Positions 11,268 to 21,939 of a stretch of 64,000 nucleotides of DNA are shown in pieces. The position numbers and the translations under genes are program-made. Below the pieces are notes generated by a model. The model searched no databases and had not been told where the DNA came from. It saw nothing but the letters and a program-made list of their open reading frames with translations. Source of the DNA: Minutocellus sp. GHC0000111 (lineage: Eukaryota); NCBI GenBank assembly GCA_977018835.1, contig OZ361259.1, positions 1,860,001 through 1,924,000 of the forward strand. The letters are read 5' to 3'. Every line of letters begins with the position of its first letter. The stretch's first letter is position 1.

Positions 11268-13836
11268 TTAATAAGCGCCCCCGCTCGACAGAGCAAAGGA
11301 GTAGTCAGCCGCGGCATTGCCAACTCCATTGCACAGCTCATATCTCGCCGTGACGGACTTGGTAAAGTGCATGCCGCCGTCCAATCGGCTCTGACCGCAA
11401 ATATCTCGAAGCTCCTGCATGCCGTGGAGGACCTTGGTAATGTCTTGGGCGGGAGTGATTCCCGGTTCAGTTCTTGAGGATCCAGCGGGGAAGGTGGGGA
11501 GGGGAATTCCAAGACTGGTAGAATCACCTCCGTGAAGATCCACCCAGCGATCGGTGAGTTCCATGAGTGCCTGGCAGATGCAGGCACTGCCGCTCACGTA
11601 CTCGGAGTGAGGCATGACTCGTACATAACTCTCAAAGTTCTTGCCCTTGATGGTACGGACGCCCTTGTATGCACCGGCATAGGTGGTGAATTCCAGCTCG
11701 GCCATTTCCTCCTGGATCCACGTGGTCGGTCTGACAGCGTCGTGATTTACTTTCTCCTTCCACGCCAGGATGGTAGCATCGTAGTCTCCGGCGGTGAGGG
11801 CGAGGACAAAGTTGAGGGTCTGCTCGTACCCCAGCTGGAGAGTACCGGCGACGGTTTGGATGACGATACCGGCAACAGTCAGCTTGTTGTCGAAGAATTC
11901 AATCATCATCTTGATCTCGTCGGACTCATCGGACTCGGCGGTATTCTTGAGTCGCTCGGTAACGACACGGGCCTCCACGTCGTAGTCATAGTTGGGCCGG
12001 GGTACGGTGCGGCTGTTGATCTCAGCCCGGGTGAGGACAGCGGGCTTGGCCTGGGAACCAATGTGAGGAGTGACGTGCTGTTGCCGTGTTTCGTATCCCT
12101 TCTTGTTATCTTCAAGTAGGGGCATCCAGCTGCGCTTGATCTTGGAGTCTTGACTCTTGATCCCTGGAATGTTGATTGGCTCGTAGCCAGTATAGTCGCC
12201 ATAGGGGCGGCAGTTGGCCTCGCACGCCGATCCGTCCTTGTTAAGCTTGCCATCCTGGTTCCATCCTGTAAGGAAAAAAAAACCGCGTGATCGGATAAAT
12301 GTTGGAAGGGGGGAGGAGTTGTTAGATGATATGCATGTGTAGAGAGTAGATGGAATGTGCAGTTCTCAAGATATGTCTTACCATCGGTCCGAGCATGCTC
12401 GGCCAGCTGCCTCCCGATGATCTGTCCCATGGTGGAAGGACTGTAGCATTCATCCTCGGCAATGGTCTCCAAGCAATCCACGTTGATATCTCCACCCTCT
12501 TCTACACCCTCGAAACATTCTCCGATGTCTTCTCGATATCCCAACTGACCAATGTTGAGTCCAAATCCAGTCAAGACTGGAAAGAGGGTGGAGGCGGCAT
12601 CGGGCACCCAGTCGGTCAGGACGGCATGCCAGCCATGTATCGCACACAGAAACCGGGCGTCAGTTGAATGTAGATTGACATTCTCGGTACCGTCGGAAAA
12701 TAGGCCTGAGCTAGCGTCGGAAGTTACCTCCACACTCCCGGGTGTGCGGATCAGCGGATCCAAACATAGGGAAAAATAAATTTTTATTTATTGGAAAATT
12801 ATTATTAGGGCAATGCCAATTGCAATAGGGCCATGCTGGAGCAATATGCATTGCAATATCCTGGAAGCTTGCAATATTTATTGCAATATACGGAATGGCT
12901 GCAATATTTATTGCAATATTTTGGGTGTAGTGCCGTCCATAAAATAATTGCTTGTCTCGCCTACATGTAGTGGGTCCATGCATCTGCGCTACATGTTGCA
13001 AGTCGCCAGCGCACAGTGTGTGTAGGAGAGGAAAATCCTTGTGTCGATGTACTTACTGGCGGCCTCCTTTTCAACCTCCTCATCCTTTTTGAGTGCAGCA
13101 AAGATATTGTACTCGCCATCGTCGGCCATCTCCTCGTCATCGTCACCGTCAACAACATCCAACGGCAAATGCTAAAAAGACCTACACGTGCTCGACTGTC
13201 TCATGATGACATCAGAGAAATGCCTAGATTTTTGGCAATAGATGCTGCAATGTTGCCCGTCCAACCAATTGACATTGCAATACCTGGAGCCAGAGCAATA
13301 GGTATTGCAATATCCCAAGTGCTTCCAATAATTGTTATTGCAATATATTGCAATATATTGCAATACAATATATTGTTCCCTTCCTTTGAGCGGATCACCA
13401 TGGGTCAGTGCATCGTCCCAATCTGCCGAGTACACCGCGGCACAGTTCCAGTTTAATGCCGAGATAAGCCACGTGAATCGAACCGCCATCGGAGTTTCGT
13501 AGGCTCCTAGAGCTGGGTCCCAGCCGGCCTGGATGGAGGCGACCAGACCGAACAGTTGGGGCGGTCCCGGGAAACCGGCACCGTTGGCGGCATCGATCAG
13601 CTGCTGCGGGAGCTTGTAGGAGGAGGCGGATGCGACGCAGGTGGATGTGGAATCACCGTTACCAACGCCATCCCCATCGCCACTGCTGGTAGATGCAATG
13701 CACGTATGCGGCAGCAAGGCGAAAGTCAGACAGGAAAAGGCGGCGGCCGCACGACGGAAAGTGAGAGGCCTGGTCCTCCGGCGAGGCGTCGCCGATGCGG
13801 GTCTGCTGCTGGCGCTTAGGAGTTGTCTGGTCGTCA
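11268..13836 (-). pseudogene. Vanadium-dependent haloperoxidase-like (PAP2 superfamily, DUF6851/NapH1-like) secreted protein, interrupted by a transposon
   Basis: Coding segments 13836-13389, 12752-12382 and 12265-11268, with intron 12381-12266 (GTAAGA...TACAG). Motifs DGWNQDG..CEANCRPYGDYTGYEP, WKEKVNHDAVRP, MPHSEYVSGSA and SRLDGGMHF match the K-x6-RP / PSG(H) / SR-x5-H vanadate-binding pattern. Removing the insertion and one TSD restores ...THGDPLIRTPG... in frame. Confidence 0.8.
12761..13388. mobile_element. 628-bp non-autonomous class II transposon (MITE/deletion derivative; hAT- or P-like by its 8-bp TSD)
   Basis: Perfect direct repeat AGCGGATC at 12753-12760 and 13389-13396. Imperfect TIRs CAAACATAGGGAAAAATAAATT / CAAAGGAAGGGAACAATATATT (17/22). 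AT-rich subterminal arrays of palindromic ATTGCAAT at both ends. Inserted inside a coding exon. Confidence 0.9.
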
Positions 13837-14361
13837 TGATCAAGTGCGTACAGACTTGTACTAGTATGCCGAAGGTGGTCAGATTTTCATGGAGAGTTCC
13901 AGGCGAATGAGCGAAAATGCCTATTGGCTATGTATCTCCCAACTGGAAAGTGCCCGGGGATTATGTCTCTGTGTGTGTTTACGATTAGCTGCTGCGAACG
14001 AAAAGGAAGGAACGAAACTCCTTTTGCTATTAAGAAGTACGCATGCGTCCAAGAATGTCTATAGGCCTCATTTCATTTCATGAATGACCGTTGCGGACAA
14101 ATTTCTGACAGCGAGCCGCCCCACCGATACATACCCAATCTCATGCTGTGCACCGGCAGGCGGGGCGAGCGCCCATGCATGCCGAAGAGTGCCTGCATCA
14201 TATATATGCGGAAGTCATTAGTTGAATTCAATTGAGACAGGATGGCACATCCTCCCTTCTTCCGTTTTCGTTGCATTTACTTTTCAAAATGTAAAAAAAC
14301 GATCGTAATCATTTATGTTGATGATCTGAACTCACCAGCCACCACAATTTCAAAACAGCAG

Positions 14362-15431
14362 ATGCAAAAGGCGCAGGGCTCTCAGCGATTGCTTAGCAAC
14401 GCCTTACCTCACGAGGCAAAGATGCAAGAGATATCACCATCCGACGACCCAGACGCAGATTTTCTGGCGTCTTTCACGGCGCACCGCCCTCCAAAGAAGG
14501 CGAAAAGGAAGCAAAACAGCCAGGACAAGAAACTGACGGCAGCATTGCAGTCGGCCGAGGAGAGAACGAAGCACCTCGTCGACGTCTACACTTGTCCAAT
14601 TGCCCATGAACTTCCGGAGGATCCCGTGATCGCCGAGGTGAGTTAGAGAGTGGCACTCTAGCTAGGGATATCAGTATCGATGGTGATACGGTGATTCGCC
14701 GCTACATGCACCAGCTCTGTTCATTTTGTTCTCTCACTCTTTAAATTTTCTCTTCGTCCTCCCTCCAGGACGGCAATCATTACGAGCGGTCGGCCATCCA
14801 GCAGCATTTTGATACGAACCGGTCCAAACTGGGCGGGATCAGGTCGCCCAAAACCAATCTCCCCATGGGCGAACGTCTCGTCTCATCTCCGCAGGCCCGG
14901 GAGACCATTGCCACCCTACTGAAGTCTGGGAATTCGAAAGCCATCATTGGCATTCTGCCGCATTGGTGGGCCGTTCGGGTCACTCGTGAGAAAGCCGAGC
15001 AAGGAGATGGGTATGCAATGTATGAGCTAGGGCTGTGGTATGAAGAAGGCGCGAAGGGCCTGCCCAAGAACGTCCAAATGGCCTACTCGTGGTACGAACG
15101 CTCGGCAAAGGCAGACGATACCGATGGGTTGGCCAAACAGGGCGCATGTCTGTTTCGTGGCATCGGCATTGCCAAGAACGAGACCGACGGCGCCGTCCTC
15201 CTGGGGATGGCAGCCGACCGGGGATGTCCGCTGGCAGCCTTCATTCTCGGAATGACATACTACAAGGGACAGCCGGCTTCCTCTATCGGTAAGAATCTCG
15301 ACCGTGCCCATCGTTGGTTGAACGTGACGCTGCAGAGAGGCAGCTCTTGTACCCAGTGTCTTTGCCTCGGAGATGAAGACGAAGCAGAGCTGACTCTCGA
15401 GGCGATAAGGGAAGAGCTGGTGGAAGAATGA
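14362..15431 (+). CDS. U-box + Sel1-repeat protein (putative E3 ubiquitin ligase)
   Basis: Exons 14362-14637 and 14769-15431 (GTGAGT...CCAG). The splice gives U-box CPIAHELPEDPVIAE|DGNHYERSAIQQHF...SPKTNLPM. Sel1 repeats AEQGDGYAMYELGLWYEEG and AADRGCPLAAFILG. Confidence 0.88.
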
Positions 15432-16076
15432 AGGTGAGAAGTCGATAGTGCCCGAGAATTTACAGGTAAGTTCAATCCGGCATCGTTGTGATGCTACCAC
15501 GGAAGCTTCTAGGGCGGGCGAAGTTTACATGTGTATGAAAGACAACTATTTCTTTCCGGTATCCTGGTTTGGGAACAAATGCCTGGTTTGTTGCATCAAG
15601 ATATGATACTTACGGTCTGACTCCGGTCCGTCCTGGTTCTCGGCTGATCACGTTGAATTTGCGTAGATCAGTTTCGGCGTTTAGCCAAGAGGTCCAGAAG
15701 GATGATTTCACGGGGTCTGCCTTCAGAAGGATTGTGACTTTGCCGTCAGGACTGTATACATTCGTCGCTCAAGCCTTTTATTTGTTGCTGGTTGGTCGAT
15801 GATCGAATGTGTCTGTCTAAGTATCCATTGAATGATTGCGTGTGCCACGCTTTCTGCTCTTGTCTTATTCAGATTTATTCTGACCCTCGTTCCCTCTCTC
15901 ATGCTTCTCAAAATGCCATCTTTTGGTGGCAGCAATGACAATTTTACGTTTGCGACACTGCCCGAAACTTTGCTGTGGAATTCATTCCTATGCCGCGACT
16001 AGATATGCAAGGACAATTTTAGTAGGTTGTAGTCACGATGTATATAAATCCATTCTAATGGTAACGACCTACATTA

Positions 16077-17555
16077 TTATAACTCCGTTCCCTTTCCATT
16101 ACCGCTGGATCCTCTCAACTTTCTCCCCTCGGTACTCTTCAAGAAGTCATCGACCTTCTTCACATCGTTCTCGGCCTCACTCATTGCCTGCGCCGTTGTT
16201 TTGACATTGGCACACACAACGTCCTTCTCCCCCTGCGCCGCCTCCAAATCCTTCTCGGCGTTGATCTTGGTCCTCAAGCATATCTGTAGGGCGTGCTTGA
16301 CTGCCTCATCCTGCGTCATTAGCTCGGTGATGAGAGACTTGGCTCGATCGACGACGGATTTGTGCACATTGGCCTTTTCCTCCAGCAGTCCAACCTCGTC
16401 GGCGTCAAGCTTGGCCTCCTCGTCCCGGAGCAGCTGCGCTTGGCCTTGAGGGCGGCAATCTTGGCCTCGGTCTCTTCCTTGGTCAGGTGATGTCCAAGGC
16501 GGCGGTTGGAGCCGTCGTCGTCGTGGACGTCCTCGGGATCGTTCTTGAGATGCTCCAATTCTTGCTCCACGGAGTTCAGCTCACTCTGCAATATGATTAG
16601 AGACTTAAAAAGCAGGGCAAGTGGATATGGTGAGATCTATGGAAATATCATCGGTATATCAATATCAGGCATACCACTCTGTAGACATCTCTCTACCAGT
16701 AGCAGTTCAACTCACCTTGGTATGGTCCAGCTTGGTCCGCAACTCATCGCACTCCCCGGCAATCTCATCCAGCACCTTCTTCCTTTTGCTGGCCGATCTC
16801 ATGGCATGGTCACAGTCCACCTTGGCCGCCTCGTGCTCCACCATTTTCTCCGTGATGATGTGCATCGCCACCTTCTTCTCTTCCAGGAGGGCCTCTCGCT
16901 TCTCCTCGTTGGCCTCGGCCATTTCCAACTCGGCAATTTCTTCCGCTAGTGCGGAATATTCCGCCTCCAAGTCGGCCTTGGTGGTGTCCAATTCGGCAAT
17001 CTCCGTGTCAATGTCGGAATTGAGCTTCTTCTGCAACGCCTTGAGTCCATCGAATCGTCCGTTCTTGCGAGCGTTGGCGGCCGACTCTTCTGGCCCGCCG
17101 TTGTCGTCATCACGGAGCTTGGTGGTCAGAAATTTGCCACCATACTTTTTATTGCGGGTTGTGGTAAATCCGCCATTACCCTCGGATGCCTCCTGGAGCT
17201 GGCGGCGCATCTCCTGGACGGCCCGAAGTTCCTCCGCGAGTGGATCGCGGCTGATGATCAGAGGGTTGGTCGCTGGTTCGATTATTATCCCCTGCTCTTC
17301 TTCGTCGTCGTCAATATCAATGGAGGCACCGTAATCAGCGGAGTGCTCCGATACATCTTCATCATAAATATCATTTTGGTCATCTCCGAGGGGTCCGTCG
17401 GAAGGTTGATCTATGCCTCCGTCGAAGGAATCGGAAAGCTGTGACTGTTCCTCGGCTGATACAATCGCCTCTGCCATGACACCTGACGTGCCGGATGCAA
17501 CCAGAAGGAGCGCGGCAGCTGCTGCCGCCGTCGCCGAGCGTCGAGATGCCGTCAT
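16077..17555 (-). CDS. Secreted acidic coiled-coil protein of unknown function
   Basis: Signal peptide MTASRRSATAAAAAALLLVASG. Exon 1 17555-16716, intron GTGAGT...TGCAG, exon 2 from 16585. A 1-nt frameshift at ~16440 continues into AQLLRDEEAKLDADEVGLLEEKANVHKS... RRQLQ and RRL motifs present. Confidence 0.7.
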
Positions 17556-17886
17556 CTTTGCCTTTATGAATTGTAAATGTGATCTGTTGCCCAGAACTAC
17601 TGAGAGCTGCTCTTCTGGGCCCCGTGGCAGGATTGACTTGTGGTCTGGTCTGGGTTGTGATCGTCAAAGTCAATGCCTTGCCCCTCAACAGTCATTGAGT
17701 GCAATTTTTACTTAAGCCCAAATACACGTCATTCAGAAGGGAAGTTGCACCAGCCCCGCAAAACCTCAACTCTCGAAGGTACCGTTTCTATCACAGAACA
17801 ATCATGACGGCCGGCGGCGCGCGCGCGGTGAGAGGCAGTCGATGAGAAGGCCAGAAGGGTGCTTAGCCAGCAACCTTTCACTGACA

Positions 17887-20694
17887 ATGAAAACAATGAG
17901 TACCTGGCTAACAACCCTCCTAACGCTGTCACATCTGTCTTCCTTCGGCACAACACGTGCCGCCGACGCCAATGTATTTCACATCACCCAAGAGCACACC
18001 GTTGAAGCAATCCCGCGCACCGCCATCACCAACACCAAAACCAGCACCTGCGTCAACGAATGCAAATCCCAACCCCGCGGCCGACTCCTGTGCGCCCTGA
18101 CGTGCAACTGTCGTCTCCGCTGCGCCGAGCAGTACGCCCCCGGCACCACCCACAACTACCGCCGGAAGCGCCGCCGATGTCGCAAGCGCTGTCCCCGCAG
18201 AGCCGCCAAGAAAGTGGAACGGCGCAAGGCCAAGCGCGATCAGGAACGGGCCGAACTCCAGGCCGAGCAGGAAGCGGCCCAAAGAGCCATGCTGGACGAG
18301 CAGACACGACTATCGCTGGTTAATGTGGCGCCCGGCGGTCCGATCCTGCGCTCGGCCATCGATGCGCACGTGCCGTGGGCGCTGCCGATCTTCAACCCCG
18401 ACGAACCCATCCAAACGTATGGCAATTGTGTGGATTTGAAGAGAGACATTGAAGCTGCCGTGGCGCATGGAGTTGGTCGCATACTGGATACGTGCAACGA
18501 TGACGACAGATATTACGGCTGCGGCGTCATCGCAATACCTATGGAACGGGAGCAAGACATCCAGTTCGCCGAGTCGGTGGAGGATACATCAACTACTACC
18601 GGCAATGAGGAGGTTACCGAGGATAGCTTCGGGACCAATACGCAGGAGGTCGACGTCGATGAGGATGACATTGTCAAGAGTGATGGGCTCTATGTTCACA
18701 TTGCCTACGGAACTGAAATCGTAACCACCAACGCCGCCAGTGGTGAAGTGTACGCGCGCACCGATGTCAAGCCGGAACGGAATGATACGGATTACAATAC
18801 CAATGTGCAGGGCCAAGTCAAGGGGTTGCTGTTGAATGATTGCGTTCTAGCGGCGGTGGTTACCGGCTACACATACACCTATCTATATTGTGACATCAAG
18901 GGACGTACGTACGAGCCTCCAATCTTGTCTGACATGGGTTCCACAACACTTCGGCTCTACGATGCGTGCAACATACCAACCGACGGCAACTCTTCGCTTA
19001 CCGAACTCAACTCGTTTGATCTGAGAGGACGGTTCGTCGAATCTCGTGGCATCAACGACACCATTCACGTTGTGTCGCAGTCCAACATTCAACAGGGTCT
19101 GAGCCATTACATTACCTACCCACTCTCCAGATGGCAAGGCAACTATTCCGACATGAATTGCACCGAATATCAGGAAACCGCCGCCAACGACAGCATTGCG
19201 CTCATACGAGACTTTGGCAATCGACTGATCAACGAAATCGCCGCAGTCGCGCCGAATTGCAGCAATGTCGCGAAAATTACCGCATTTGCATCTGGAATGG
19301 AAGAAAGTGCCGATACTAGTGGTGAGTCCACCGGAGCAGCCCCAGCTTCGCGGTTGATGCCCGACATATGGAATGACGAGCCCATTATCGGGGCACTCAC
19401 CAGCATCACATCGATCAAATTAGGCACTGTAGATTTTGTCAGGTCAATCCAGCCGACAACGGCAAGTGCATGGTTTCGCGGCTACGCCAATTTCGTTTAC
19501 AGCTCTGTAAGGACACTCATTCTTGCCGCAAATAGCTTTCGATTCTGGGGACGGCGGGGAGGCGAGCAGTCGACTTACCTCATGTCCTGCGAGCTGATGC
19601 CGGGTGGGCAGCCATCAAAGTGGGGAACTACCGGGATAGTGCCTGGTTACACCAAGGACTCCTATTCTATGTCAGAACGAGATGGTCATCTACGGATCGC
19701 TACAACATCAAGAGAAAGGTTGGCTTGTCGGCCTAATCCCAAACCAGAAGATAATTCTACGGATGACGATTGGTGTCGGTTCTGGTGCTGTCATGGCTGG
19801 GAAACTGTAGCAAATAGCTCCTCTCAGCTTATGATATTGAACCTTGATGGGCCCAACGGAACTATGGAGGAAGTATCAAATGTCACAGGCCTCGGAGAGA
19901 CCGAAGAAATAAAAAGTGTTCGTTTCTTCGAGGATTTTGTTGTCATTGTGACATTTCGACAGACCGATCCTCTTTATACCATCGATCTGACCAACAACAC
20001 TGCTACTGTTCTTGGCGAGCTAAAGATCGATGGCTACTCTTCCTACATGCAAGAATACTATGCCGACGACGGCACGAGAATGCTTCTTGCCCTCGGCCAG
20101 AACGCTGATCCAGTGAACGGCCGTGACCTTGGACTACAGATATCTCTGTTCAACATCACTGACTTGCTCCAGCCAAATCTCACAATCCGATACAATGTAG
20201 AGCAAGGCGATCAAGAATCACAGTGGTCATCAAGCGATGCCCAATTCGAACCCAAGGCACTTCGATACCTACCCCAATCCAAGCTCCTTATCATCCCAGC
20301 CTACGTGGGCTCTCGTGACAACTCCTTCGATGGGTTCCTCATATTTTATGTTACCCCTGAGCTCATCGAGCAGAGATATGCCGTCTCCATGGCAGATGGA
20401 AATCTCATTGGAGGAAAAGGCATATGTTGGGGTTGCGCCTACGTTCAGAGTCGAAGCCTCGTTATATCTGGAGATGCCACCCTCATCAAGGGTCACTACA
20501 TGAAGAATATCGAGCTCACGGACGGCACATCGAGGTGGAATGCATCGTTAGGTCGACCGATCATTCAAAAGGAGGATTGCTGTGGCTATTTTTGGGTCTT
20601 CCGCCCGACGCCTGATATTTGTGGGGGTCCTTTCAATGACATCGCGAGACCAGGGGTTGCGGTTATCGAAATGACGTTGGAATCAGAGCCCTAG
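17887..20694 (+). CDS. Secreted beta-propeller domain protein (bacterial Beta_propel / PF09826-like)
   Basis: Intronless 935-aa ORF with signal peptide. Family motifs GTNTQEVDVDEDDIVKSDG, LRIATT, EEIKSVRF, VTFRQTDPLYTIDL and LGELKIDGYSSY. Confidence 0.85.
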   Translation: MKTMSTWLTTLLTLSHLSSFGTTRAADANVFHITQEHTVEAIPRTAITNTKTSTCVNECKSQPRGRLLCALTCNCRLRCAEQYAPGTTHNYRRKRRRCRKRCPRRAAKKVERRKAKRDQERAELQAEQEAAQRAMLDEQTRLSLVNVAPGGPILRSAIDAHVPWALPIFNPDEPIQTYGNCVDLKRDIEAAVAHGVGRILDTCNDDDRYYGCGVIAIPMEREQDIQFAESVEDTSTTTGNEEVTEDSFGTNTQEVDVDEDDIVKSDGLYVHIAYGTEIVTTNAASGEVYARTDVKPERNDTDYNTNVQGQVKGLLLNDCVLAAVVTGYTYTYLYCDIKGRTYEPPILSDMGSTTLRLYDACNIPTDGNSSLTELNSFDLRGRFVESRGINDTIHVVSQSNIQQGLSHYITYPLSRWQGNYSDMNCTEYQETAANDSIALIRDFGNRLINEIAAVAPNCSNVAKITAFASGMEESADTSGESTGAAPASRLMPDIWNDEPIIGALTSITSIKLGTVDFVRSIQPTTASAWFRGYANFVYSSVRTLILAANSFRFWGRRGGEQSTYLMSCELMPGGQPSKWGTTGIVPGYTKDSYSMSERDGHLRIATTSRERLACRPNPKPEDNSTDDDWCRFWCCHGWETVANSSSQLMILNLDGPNGTMEEVSNVTGLGETEEIKSVRFFEDFVVIVTFRQTDPLYTIDLTNNTATVLGELKIDGYSSYMQEYYADDGTRMLLALGQNADPVNGRDLGLQISLFNITDLLQPNLTIRYNVEQGDQESQWSSSDAQFEPKALRYLPQSKLLIIPAYVGSRDNSFDGFLIFYVTPELIEQRYAVSMADGNLIGGKGICWGCAYVQSRSLVISGDATLIKGHYMKNIELTDGTSRWNASLGRPIIQKEDCCGYFWVFRPTPDICGGPFNDIARPGVAVIEMTLESEP

Positions 20695-20859
20695 CTAGCT
20701 AGCTGCAAATCAATCTCCCATGTAGTCAATACAGAACACCACTGCTTTTGGTGCCTGGTTGCCTGCTTCATAGATTATCATATTAGATTCAAATAGTTTT
20801 ACAATGTTATTTGTACGTGGCTCACCGCTGCTTGGATAGGGGTCCTTCTCTACATGCAA

Positions 20860-21561
20860 TCAGTCTTCGCCATTTCCACCAAATCTCCCCCCAGCTCGCT
20901 TCTTGCGAAGCTTCTTTGCTTTCTTACGAAATTTGCCACGGAATCGTTTCTTCTTTCTTGTATTTTTTACACCCATGCCCTCATTTGGATCAATCCCCAG
21001 CATGTCCTCCACCTTGGCCAGCTCGGCCTGAAGACTCTCCAGAGTTCCCACATCATCCTCGAGATTACTCGTTTCGGCAATCAGCTCCTCGCGCTTTGCA
21101 CGCAATTCTTCTCTCTTTTCAATCAATTCTTGTTCCGATTTTTCAATCGATTTGAATTCTTCTGTATCCTCTACGGTTTTAATGACACCATCCAGCCATC
21201 CCATTGCGGGTTCGTGGTTATTCACCACCACTTCCGTCGACTTCCACTCTTCGGATACAAGATTGGCCGAGTGAGGTTCGTGTGCATCACCATCGGCAAG
21301 TTCATCTGACGATTCACCGGGAGCCTGCGTGTGGAGCATGGGATCGTCCTCGTCAAGGACGGCGGCGTACACCATGACCTCGTCGGGGTTCTGGGATTGC
21401 ACTCTTCGATCATTCCAACGTCTGCGTCGAACTTGTGCTGTGTGAGATTGGGGCGGCGTATCTTTTGGAGGTAGCTGATCAGCAGCAGCGTCGGCTTCCT
21501 GAAGGGCACTGGCAGATGCCATCGCGAATAAGAGCGCCGCAAGGGGTGCAGAGGATCTCAT
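20860..21561 (-). CDS. Small secreted coiled-coil protein with a Lys/Arg-rich C-terminus
   Basis: Signal peptide MRSSAPLAALLFAMASASA. Acidic heptads ELIEKREELRAKREELIAE. Tail RKKKRFRGKFRKKAKKLRKKR. Confidence 0.75.
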   Translation of the reverse strand: MRSSAPLAALLFAMASASALQEADAAADQLPPKDTPPQSHTAQVRRRRWNDRRVQSQNPDEVMVYAAVLDEDDPMLHTQAPGESSDELADGDAHEPHSANLVSEEWKSTEVVVNNHEPAMGWLDGVIKTVEDTEEFKSIEKSEQELIEKREELRAKREELIAETSNLEDDVGTLESLQAELAKVEDMLGIDPNEGMGVKNTRKKKRFRGKFRKKAKKLRKKRAGGRFGGNGED

Positions 21562-21939
21562 GGTTGCCGCATGCGTGGGTACATGAATGATGGGCGTTTC
21601 CTTGTTCGATTATGCCTTGACGAAAAAGCATGCTTTGAGGAGGGCATAAATAACAAATGACCACTGCTCACGACGACGACCAGCATGCAAAGCAAGCAAA
21701 CACAACCACCGACCAGCAACGCACTTCAACTGCAGCAAAGCGAGTAGGTACACCGAGCGAAGAACAAAGCAGCAACGCAGAACACTCCTCGTACAGGAGC
21801 TGTAGCTATGGCATCTTCCAATCTAAAGCCCATGTTGCGCCCCGCCTCAAAACCAGCGCAAGACATGCGGCTACATGTACAATCATCATTTTGAACACTT
21901 CTCGACTATGACAAGAAGGAAGACGAGCTGGCCAACGAG

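Noticed and set aside
12761..13388. Insertion acting as an introner (self-splicing-out TE intron)
   Set aside because: On the coding strand the element starts CAAAGG and ends TGTTTG, with no AG acceptor at or near the 3' junction.
13201..13401. ORFs rich in YCN/ILQ/IAI
   Set aside because: Translation artefacts of the ATTGCAAT subterminal repeats.
15560..15950. Possible snoRNA (GATGATCG...CTGA) or small gene
   Set aside because: No canonical box C with terminal stem and no recognisable U3 5' domain; the ORFs are short and featureless.
20691..20704. TAGC/CTAG micro-repeats near gene ends (also ~33805, ~36005, ~38401)
   Set aside because: Short simple repeats with no evidence of function.
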